33,598 nt of DNA from a virus, in IMG/VR virus record IMGVR_UViG_3300045988_096981, positions 1 through 33,598 of that record. One strand, written 5' to 3'. Each line of letters begins with the position of its first letter. Position 1 is the stretch's first letter. Positions 1-5,834 of the stretch are shown piece by piece. Below the pieces are notes generated by a model that searched no databases, was not told where the DNA came from, and saw only the letters and a program-made list of their open reading frames with translations. Position numbers and translations under genes: made by a program.

Positions 1-55
1 TTATTATTTACAGATTTTGAAGTTTCTTGAATTCCTGATTTTGAAGTTTCTTGAA
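1..55. repeat. 55-nt sequence identical to 33544-33598. This is the end overlap of a circular contig, so true genome length is about 33543 bp.
   Basis: Compared base by base: TTATTATTTACAGATTTTGAAGTTTCTTGAATTCCTGATTTTGAAGTTTCTTGAA occurs at both ends. An ORF reads continuously through the join. Confidence 0.95.
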
Positions 56-377
56 TTCCTGATTTTGAAGTTTCTTGAACCGCAAATCTGTGATGTTTAG
101 CTTTTGTTGTAGTGCCTTGAATATAGGTGTTTTTTACTTCAACAATACCCGCGTTCACAAGGTGTTGTAGTGCTTTATTTACTTGATAGTAGCTTAATCC
201 CGTGTGTTCTTTCCAGTCCTTAGCTGTGTACCAAGTAAAGCCATCTCCTCGTTTAGCTATTTGGTGTAAGTAAACTAACTTGTTTAATACGATTGCTTCG
301 TTTATTCCGAACTCGCATGCAATATCAACATTGTATCCAGCGCTAACGCCAGATTTTAGAATGTCATTTACGTTCAT
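1..377 (-). CDS. Replication initiator / replisome organizer (DnaD-like, winged-helix N-terminus), N-terminal part. The ORF runs off the left edge and continues at 33543 down to 33228, 230 aa in total.
   Basis: ATG at 377-375 lies 6 nt after a GGAGAG RBS (389-384). My translation is MNVNDILKSGVSAGYNVDIACEFGINEAIVLNKLVYLHQIAKRGDGFTWYTAKDWKEHTGLSYYQVNKALQHLVNAGIVEVKN..., followed by 3 x QETSKSGI. It stays in frame across the junction (377+316 nt = 231 codons). Confidence 0.8.
   Translation of the reverse strand, partial: MNVNDILKSGVSAGYNVDIACEFGINEAIVLNKLVYLHQIAKRGDGFTWYTAKDWKEHTGLSYYQVNKALQHLVNAGIVEVKNTYIQGTTTKAKHHRFAVQETSKSGIQETSKSGIQETSKSVNN
13..79. repeat. Tandem 24-nt repeat GATTTTGAAGTTTCTTGAATTCCT, 2 full copies plus a 19-nt partial copy. 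Candidate origin iterons inside the replication gene.
   Basis: Copies lie at 13-36, 37-60 and 61-79. On the minus strand they encode a QETSKSGI x3 linker between the two domains of the initiator. Confidence 0.85.
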
Positions 378-605
378 TGTCAGCTCTCCATTTCTTAATG
401 GCTTCTGTCAATGGCGTTTTAATCTCAGAAATATGAACAATTTTCCCCATTATTTTTACCCTCTTCTTAAGCCAATGAAAAACTAGCACCTTCATTTTCC
501 ACAGGTGAAATTTATTTGTTGCAAAAAAGATGCAAGAATTTGGTGCAAAACCCTTGACAGCTTTTTAGCGATTTATCGATTTTGAGTAAGAGGTTATTTT
601 TAGAC

Positions 606-635
606 AAAGAAAACCCCAGTCAAAAACGACCGAGG
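606..635 (-). terminator. Promoter-proximal intrinsic terminator / attenuator hairpin in the leader of the replication operon
   Basis: Minus-strand RNA reads CCUCGGUC-GUUUUU-GACUGGGG followed by UUUUCUUUG. The 8-bp stem needs two G:U pairs, so it forms only on the minus-strand transcript. Confidence 0.5.
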
Positions 636-658
636 TTATCAAATGCGTATCTGATATG
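631..658. promoter_or_regulatory. Palindromic operator-like site, copy 1 (core TTATCAAA-N6-TCTGATAA). It is the inverted-repeat partner of 30846-30873.
   Basis: 25 of 26 nt match the reverse complement of 30848-30873. The site begins about 8 nt downstream of the -10 at 669-664. Confidence 0.6.
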
Positions 659-663
659 TTCTT

Positions 664-692
664 ATATTAGCAAACTCTAGCGTAAAAGTCAA
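664..692 (-). promoter_or_regulatory. Sigma-A/sigma-70 type promoter of the replication operon (TTGACT-17 nt-TAATAT)
   Basis: Minus strand: -35 TTGACT at 692-687, a 17-nt spacer, and -10 TAATAT at 669-664. Confidence 0.65.
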
Positions 693-717
693 TACTCACA
701 AGATAGACTTTACGACT

Positions 718-1065
718 ATGCCACTTGCAGAAAAAGTAAAAGTAAAGCGCAACAATACGACTACTGACAAATCTGTAAACATGCAGTGTGGTGTCGCAAT
801 GCTCAACGTCCCATCCAACGCTCTCGAGGCTACAATTCAAATCACTTTTCCAAAGCAATTCAAAACGCTTCCTACTGTAGTTTGCTCTTTCGGTGGGTAT
901 GGTCAACCTGGCGACGGATGGACAGACAAGCCAAATGCTTCGTGGGGAGGCTGTGCTTTTAGCGCTGTAGGTGTTACGAACACCTCATTTACCGCTCGAT
1001 GTCGTCGATTTGACGGGGCTCAACTTTTGGGAGTGTATTATGTGAATTGGATTGCGATAGGTTAA
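718..1065 (+). CDS. H-type lectin domain protein (stand-alone carbohydrate-binding module). The start is uncertain; an alternative ATG lies at 781.
   Basis: The sequence ...ATIQITFPKQFKTLPTVVCSF...VGVTNTSFTARCRRF...VYYVNWIAIG matches the H_lectin pattern I recall (v.F...F...P.V, nvt..gF, v.W.A.G). No convincing RBS. It is one of only two plus-strand genes. Confidence 0.5.
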   Translation: MPLAEKVKVKRNNTTTDKSVNMQCGVAMLNVPSNALEATIQITFPKQFKTLPTVVCSFGGYGQPGDGWTDKPNASWGGCAFSAVGVTNTSFTARCRRFDGAQLLGVYYVNWIAIG

Positions 1066-1066
1066 G

Positions 1067-1603
1067 TTATTTAACATACTCTAACACAATACTAACTTCT
1101 GAATTGCCCCAGGGGTAGCTACCAGAGATTGTAATATTCGTTTGATCAATTGAGGTTATGCCTGATTGATGTGTATTCTCAACATAAGGCAGTGCTTGTT
1201 TTACAGGATTGTTTGATAAAGTGCCGCCAAGTCGCATATTGCCATAATAGCTGACAAGCTCCCACCTGTTTGTTAGACCGGTAATACCATGAGCAAGCAT
1301 TGACGTACTATTGCCAGTCATATTCACAGTACCACGCACAACCTTACGATAAATAGGACGACCGTCAATCCATTTCTTGCCAGTATCCTGCTCAGTGGTC
1401 GTGTATTTATTCCCAGGCATTGTCGTAAAGTCTATCTTGTCGGCTGTAACCGTTGAATTCTTCAACTTGCCACCAACTATAGCCCCATCATTTACGCCAG
1501 TTCCATCAGCTAAAGACGCGACATTAGCCATTTGGTTATTGTGGTCTTGAGCCGTGATTGTTGTTAGTGGCGTGAAGACTATGTTCGGATGCGGTAAGCT
1601 CAT
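1067..1603 (-). CDS. Tail-fibre / receptor-binding-like protein
   Basis: Strong RBS (AAGGAGGAAAAATG). The N-terminus has fibre-type motifs (DGAIVGGKLKNSTVTADKIDF) and the motif TTTEQDTGKKWIDGRPIYRK, both seen in Gram-positive phage fibre proteins. Assignment is by motif memory only. Confidence 0.55.
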   Translation of the reverse strand: MSLPHPNIVFTPLTTITAQDHNNQMANVASLADGTGVNDGAIVGGKLKNSTVTADKIDFTTMPGNKYTTTEQDTGKKWIDGRPIYRKVVRGTVNMTGNSTSMLAHGITGLTNRWELVSYYGNMRLGGTLSNNPVKQALPYVENTHQSGITSIDQTNITISGSYPWGNSEVSIVLEYVK

Positions 1604-1935
1604 TTTTCCTCCTTAAATAAATCACCTGTTGGTAATATCATTGGCGAAAACTCTTCTGCAAAGACATTGCTTAAAAGCTCCTCGTCAATATTTTCTGCTA
1701 TAGAATCTAAGAATTCGTCAATAATAATTTCGCTTGGCTCTAATGTACACAAAATGAGACTAAACGGATGCTTACCTTTCAGTTCGTAGTTTTTTGAGTA
1801 GTGCCAAATTATGCTAGGCGTAAAAACAGCGACGCCATTTTCTCGAACAGTATTTCCATTTGGTTGTTTATGAAGTCGATTGATATTTGGAATTGATGAC
1901 CAAATAAAGACCTTATTCAAATTTGATTTATCCAT
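1600..1935 (-). CDS. Hypothetical protein (111 aa, acidic C-terminus), translationally coupled to the fibre-like gene
   Basis: Open frame with a 4-nt overlap onto 1067-1603. There is no SD before the ATG at 1935, and the 25-nt repeat motif lies directly upstream. Confidence 0.55.
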   Translation of the reverse strand: MDKSNLNKVFIWSSIPNINRLHKQPNGNTVRENGVAVFTPSIIWHYSKNYELKGKHPFSLILCTLEPSEIIIDEFLDSIAENIDEELLSNVFAEEFSPMILPTGDLFKEEK

Positions 1936-1938
1936 GGA

Positions 1939-1963
1939 TATAATTTTGAGCTTTTATCGTGAG
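1939..1963. repeat. 25-nt intergenic motif, copy A (TATAATTTTGAGCTTTTATCGTGAG)
   Basis: 23 of 25 nt are identical to 11136-11160 in the same orientation. Confidence 0.7.
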
Positions 1964-1990
1964 CAACAAAAATCCCCATTTTCAGAGGGC

Positions 1991-2018
1991 AAAAAAGGCA
2001 CCCCGAAAACGGAGTGCC
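1991..2018 (-). terminator. Rho-independent terminator ending the 92-aa/RHH cassette
   Basis: Minus-strand RNA reads GGCACUCCG-UUUU-CGGGGUGCC followed by UUUUUU. The single non-Watson-Crick pair is G:U on the minus strand and C/A on the plus strand. Confidence 0.8.
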
Positions 2019-2062
2019 CCACAATGACAGCTGCAAATCACAACAACTGCCCGGCTATCATA

Positions 2063-2254
2063 CTACTTTTTAAGCGATTGTTCAAGCCTCCAGTTTATCT
2101 CACCAGTTACGCTACGACCGTTTTCAGCAGCAAGCACAACAAGCCGTTCATATACTTCCTGCTTAATTCGTACGTTATAAACTGGCGTAGGTACTTCAAC
2201 CTTAGATTTGATAATCTTGCCATTCTTTTTTACAATTCGATTTATTATTGGCAT
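2063..2254 (-). CDS. Arc/MetJ-type ribbon-helix-helix DNA-binding protein (63 aa)
   Basis: The C-terminal half RIKQEVYERLVVLAAENGRSVTGEINWRLEQSLKK matches the Arc-like RHH signature (beta strand, helix, G-x-S/T, helix). Confidence 0.75.
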   Translation of the reverse strand: MPIINRIVKKNGKIIKSKVEVPTPVYNVRIKQEVYERLVVLAAENGRSVTGEINWRLEQSLKK

Positions 2255-2303
2255 AGTCTTTCCTTTCTTTAGAGCACCCTAGCGCCAAGCGAGGCGTTTG
2301 GTT

Positions 2304-2582
2304 TTATATTAGTTGTAGATCATTCTCTATTTGGTAGGCGATCGCTTCTTGGTCTAACACCTCTTTTAGTTCGTTGAGCGTGTTCATCACCTTTTGACGT
2401 TCGTCTGACAGATAGAGTACTGCTGTTTCCTCTGCCTCACCTCTCCAGTATCCAATGACTGGATAGTCGAGAGTGAAAGCTTCGTGATTAGCGTTTACGG
2501 TTGATATTATCTTGTCGACCTCAAGTTTTTTAGTCTTGTTATTGCTTCCGATAAAAGCTTTGATTGTGATTTGTTCTATCAT
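2304..2582 (-). CDS. Hypothetical acidic protein (92 aa), first gene of the accessory cassette
   Basis: ATG at 2582 lies after a TAGGAG RBS. About 16 acidic versus 9 basic residues. I recognise no family. Confidence 0.75.
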   Translation of the reverse strand: MIEQITIKAFIGSNNKTKKLEVDKIISTVNANHEAFTLDYPVIGYWRGEAEETAVLYLSDERQKVMNTLNELKEVLDQEAIAYQIENDLQLI

Positions 2583-2624
2583 TGTGTGCTCCTAATTGTT
2601 AATGTGCCTCGCTTGACTGTCTTA

Positions 2625-2653
2625 ATTATAGCAAAGTTGCTTACATAATGCAA
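2625..2653 (-). promoter_or_regulatory. Near-consensus promoter of the accessory cassette (TTGCAT-17 nt-TATAAT)
   Basis: Minus strand: -35 at 2653-2648 and -10 at 2630-2625. Two AAAATGC direct repeats 11 nt apart (2671-2665 and 2660-2654) abut the -35. Confidence 0.75.
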
Positions 2654-2792
2654 GCATTTTGCGTGCATTTTATGAAAAAAGTCAGAGATTTTTATTAACC
2701 TGTGGAAAACTCACTTCCCGTAAAAAATATAGCGATATTCTTTATAAAGTCTAATGATAATACGTTTTAACATAAGTTTAATTTTACCAAAT

Positions 2793-2827
2793 AAAAAACT
2801 ACCCTCGATCAAAAGTAGTAGTTTTTT
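2793..2827. terminator. Weak A/T-rich bidirectional hairpin after the holin gene; possible end of the late operon
   Basis: Perfect 10-bp inverted repeat AAAAAACTAC (2793-2802) / GTAGTTTTTT (2818-2827) with a 15-nt loop. Confidence 0.35.
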
Positions 2828-2850
2828 ATAGGATTGCAGAGCTATCTAAA

Positions 2851-3105
2851 TTATTCAACGGCTTCTTTCATCTGTCGCACCAAGTCTAGAATAATAGTCT
2901 TAGCCGCGGATAATCCAGCCGCGATTGCAGACAGTGCGGTAGCCATTGTCAGAGCATATAGCTCGTGCCAGCTCGCCGCGAATAGTAAGTTCACTAGATT
3001 TACGCCAGCTAGCAAAAATGTTGCGATAAACGTCTGTACGAACGTCCATCCAGCACGAATAGCCACGTCTTTATAGTCAATGTTCTTTAATGATTTTAGT
3101 TTCAT
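2851..3105 (-). CDS. Holin (r1t/LL-H-like, two transmembrane segments)
   Basis: 84 aa. The motif RAGWTFVQTFIATFLLAG plus a second hydrophobic helix are present, and the gene is adjacent to the endolysin. Confidence 0.7.
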   Translation of the reverse strand: MKLKSLKNIDYKDVAIRAGWTFVQTFIATFLLAGVNLVNLLFAASWHELYALTMATALSAIAAGLSAAKTIILDLVRQMKEAVE

Positions 3106-3114
3106 ATTACCTCC

Positions 3115-4113
3115 TTATTTCTTAAATTTGAAAATACTCATCAGAAAATCGATAATCTTCTCTAACAGGCTTTTATTCTTAGCGATATCTTGACTTAATT
3201 TGCCGATAGATCGCATAACATCTTCATTTGTTGGTTGTGGTGCTAGCGGTTGCTCCTGTGGCTTTTCTTTGACTTGAGGTGCTTGTTGCAATTCTGGTGT
3301 CTTTGGCGCTGGTTGTGGCTGAGGGCGTGGTTGCGGTCGTGGTGTGCCTGCATCTCCATTCGCTAATTCGCGTACTCGTTCTGCCAATACCCAAATTCCG
3401 TCATCTGCCATTTTCAGTTGTAGGTAGCGCTTGTTGTTTTCGGTAGTTTCGTCTAATACCTCTGTACCGCCGACAATTCGGAAGTAATCACCTGTGTTAA
3501 GCTCTCCATCCAGTAGATAGCCGTCTTTATCCGTCTTTACTGCCACAGAAACGGGTACACCGTTATCCTCCCAATCAAACTCATCAATCAATCGGTTACA
3601 TCTAATTTGTCGTAAATCGAATACAGTTGCTACTTCATCTGCGTAATATACTTCAGGTAATGCTACACGTTTAGCTTCTTTTGGTTTACCTACATACCTG
3701 TAAAATGCGTATGGCGGGCAACCTGAGGCACTCCAGAGCCAGTCGTGATTGTCTATTACAATACCTGCCTGGTAGCGACAGTTGATTACGTTGTCTGGGT
3801 CGGTAAACATTCCTGTATGACCTAATGCACCTCCAGAGTTGCCGCGAATACCCCAGATGAAAATATCTCCGCGTTGCGTGTCTGCCTCGCCATTAACGTC
3901 CTCAGGCAGTCGCACCCAACCGTTCTTTTCTAGAGCGTCGAATAAAGTGTCTGTATTACCAATCCAATAGCTTGACGGTAATAGACTTGCTTCTTTTAGA
4001 GCGTGATATACAGAGCTTGAGCAGTCGTACGAGCTTGGACCATTTCGATTTTCCATTGAATAAAAAACGCGTCCTTTGCGTGCATAAAACCATGCTAGTG
4101 CTTTTTCTATCAT
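3115..4113 (-). CDS. Endolysin. It has an N-terminal CHAP/Amidase_5-like peptidoglycan hydrolase, a central binding domain, a Pro/Gln-rich linker and a C-terminal amphipathic helix.
   Basis: Motifs YSMENRNGPSSYDCSSSVYHAL and GHTGMF give a Cys/His catalytic pair. The linker reads PRPQPRPQPQPAPKTPELQQAPQ. The C-terminus is ...LLEKIIDFLMSIFKFKK. Confidence 0.85.
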   Translation of the reverse strand: MIEKALAWFYARKGRVFYSMENRNGPSSYDCSSSVYHALKEASLLPSSYWIGNTDTLFDALEKNGWVRLPEDVNGEADTQRGDIFIWGIRGNSGGALGHTGMFTDPDNVINCRYQAGIVIDNHDWLWSASGCPPYAFYRYVGKPKEAKRVALPEVYYADEVATVFDLRQIRCNRLIDEFDWEDNGVPVSVAVKTDKDGYLLDGELNTGDYFRIVGGTEVLDETTENNKRYLQLKMADDGIWVLAERVRELANGDAGTPRPQPRPQPQPAPKTPELQQAPQVKEKPQEQPLAPQPTNEDVMRSIGKLSQDIAKNKSLLEKIIDFLMSIFKFKK

Positions 4114-4114
4114 A

Positions 4115-4477
4115 TTATTTCCTCCTTGCTTGAGTTTGAATTTCTTCTTGTAATTCTGTAATTGCTTTATTTTGTTGAATTAGATTGTTGGTTGCGTAAA
4201 TAGCTAGTAAGACAAGTGCTATAGCGAAGGTCTTCGCTAAGTTACTTGTTACAAGGCTCCAAAAGTTCATTACGCCTTCGATTTCGCTACGCTTGACGTA
4301 TTTTACTTCTGATTCTTTTTCGTGTGCTTTAAGCTGTGCTTGAGTAACGTTAGTTTGTGCGATATTCTCAATTCGCTCTAGCATGACAGTATGTTTGTCT
4401 ACGCCATCCTTAATGTATTCGACCTTAGCTTGTAACGCGCCGAACTCTTTAGCTGATACTTCTGGTTGTTCGTTCAT
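4115..4477 (-). CDS. XhlA-like lysis-associated membrane protein (N-terminal coiled coil, C-terminal TM)
   Basis: 120 aa with the TM segment LAKTFAIALVLLAIYATNNLI. It lies immediately upstream of the endolysin. Confidence 0.45.
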   Translation of the reverse strand: MNEQPEVSAKEFGALQAKVEYIKDGVDKHTVMLERIENIAQTNVTQAQLKAHEKESEVKYVKRSEIEGVMNFWSLVTSNLAKTFAIALVLLAIYATNNLIQQNKAITELQEEIQTQARRK

Positions 4478-4505
4478 AATATAAATTATGATTTCTTGTC
4501 GTTAT

Positions 4506-4922
4506 CTAATACGGGAATGTCATAGTCCGTACGTCTATATAAAACGTCTCTGTTGGATTTTGATTAATAATAGAAGTGTCATACGGATTAAATATTGACA
4601 GTGCGCACACTATTTTATTTTTTGATTCGCGCCAGCCAGAAATAAGCACAGAGGTAGGTGTTGTGCCACCGCCTGAAACCGCAAAAGTCCTTACGAAGTC
4701 TATTTTAGACGCCGTGATAGCTCTGTCTGGATTTGTAGAGGTGCTGACTAGTAATCTTAAAATCCCAACGTTAGTCATATTAATCTCTTGTTTTTGAAAA
4801 TATACAGTATTGCTTGCTATCGATATTCCACCGGGTAGAGTAAAACTCATAATACTTCCACCAGTAGCACTGATAGTCGCGTAATCGCTACTAATATTAA
4901 AATCGTCTGGATAATTATTCAT
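4506..4922 (-). CDS. Putative distal tail / receptor-binding accessory protein (138 aa)
   Basis: Last ORF of the tail block. It overlaps 4915-5580 by 8 nt. No motif recognised. Confidence 0.4.
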   Translation of the reverse strand: MNNYPDDFNISSDYATISATGGSIMSFTLPGGISIASNTVYFQKQEINMTNVGILRLLVSTSTNPDRAITASKIDFVRTFAVSGGGTTPTSVLISGWRESKNKIVCALSIFNPYDTSIINQNPTETFYIDVRTMTFPY

Positions 4923-5580
4923 CAGCGTACATCCTATAGTGATATTTTATGATCGTATTAAAAAATTCTTCTCTATACGACAGCGTTAGTGCAGTCTTAT
5001 CTACGAACGCACTATATCCACTGTTAGCCCATAGTTCTAGAGATGCATAAGACAAAGAGCTTATCTGTCCGTTCTGCTCCAGCCATAAGAGGACTAGTGG
5101 TTTATATCCAAGGTTATGTACAATCCGAACTTCTTCGTTAGTATTCACAAGCACAGTTCCAGCCTTGTACAGCTTTAACTGATTGTTGTCAGTATTAAAA
5201 GTCATGTCGTGATAATGACTTGTGAATGAGGCTTTTCGATGAGGTTCTAAAGCGAATCCTATGATTCGGAAATAAAACGTAGCAGTAATGTCGGTTCTAT
5301 TTGACGTGCTTATATGGATTAAATTATTATCCACACGAACGTATGATAAATACTGATACTCACCTCTATTATTGAACCCGCTAGTATTCACCTCAAATGC
5401 ATTTTGCGAAAAATCACTAGAGGTTGAAAATTGTGCTATCGGCAAAAATGCAGAGCCGTAAGTATTTGGTATAGTTATGTCGTTATAATCATGCGCGTTG
5501 ACGGGTACTGGTATAGTATCGCTACGATAAATCACCTGGTCGATCGGATAGTCACTCGATAATACAAAGTCTTTTATCAT
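4915..5580 (-). CDS. Putative baseplate / receptor-binding protein (221 aa)
   Basis: Assigned from its position in the tail-tip block and a 4-nt overlap with the upstream ORF. Confidence 0.4.
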   Translation of the reverse strand: MIKDFVLSSDYPIDQVIYRSDTIPVPVNAHDYNDITIPNTYGSAFLPIAQFSTSSDFSQNAFEVNTSGFNNRGEYQYLSYVRVDNNLIHISTSNRTDITATFYFRIIGFALEPHRKASFTSHYHDMTFNTDNNQLKLYKAGTVLVNTNEEVRIVHNLGYKPLVLLWLEQNGQISSLSYASLELWANSGYSAFVDKTALTLSYREEFFNTIIKYHYRMYADE

Positions 5581-5834
5581 TCTTGCTCCAAAAGTTCAAT
5601 AACGTCTTTGCCCTCTTTACTCACCCACAGACCAACCCTAGTAGCGTAAGCGCCGATTTTAATACGTTTATATGCTCCGTCAGAAAACAACAGACCACTC
5701 CCATCCAGCACCACGAGTTCCCTGCGATTTACGGGGTCATAAATAACAAGCCTGCCCGAGCCTTCTTCGATACGTAATTGTCCAGTAATCGACGAGATAA
5801 TAGTTGAACCTTTTAATTTTAGAACTTCTTTCAT
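5577..5834 (-). CDS. Small tail-tip associated protein (85 aa)
   Basis: Translationally coupled on both sides within the tail-tip block. Confidence 0.4.
   Translation of the reverse strand: MKEVLKLKGSTIISSITGQLRIEEGSGRLVIYDPVNRRELVVLDGSGLLFSDGAYKRIKIGAYATRVGLWVSKEGKDVIELLEQE

Noticed and set aside
1-55. The identical 55-nt ends (1-55 and 33544-33598) considered as genuine direct terminal repeats or cos ends of the virion DNA
   Set aside because: An ORF reads in frame through the join. The overlap falls inside a tandem repeat. An exact overlap of 55 nt is what k-mer assemblers leave on circular contigs. It shows circular closure, not physical ends.
13-79. A mini-CRISPR array
   Set aside because: The repeats are contiguous with no spacers, only three copies are present, and they are in frame within a coding sequence.
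364-450. A 28-aa upstream ORF (MGKIVHISEIKTPLTEAIKKWRADNERK) with a GAGGG RBS overlapping the initiator start
   Set aside because: It is too short to support from sequence alone. I mention it only as a possible leader peptide in the attenuator finding.
280-486. A plus-strand 68-aa ORF at the left end
   Set aside because: It is antisense to the start of the replication initiator gene, which has a good RBS and domain content. The ORF itself has no RBS.
718-1603. A Gin/Cin-type invertible fibre-tip switch (shufflon)
   Set aside because: The genome has no serine invertase or Rci-like gene next to the locus. I found no inverted crossover repeats flanking 718-1603. The convergent arrangement is kept only as an observation.
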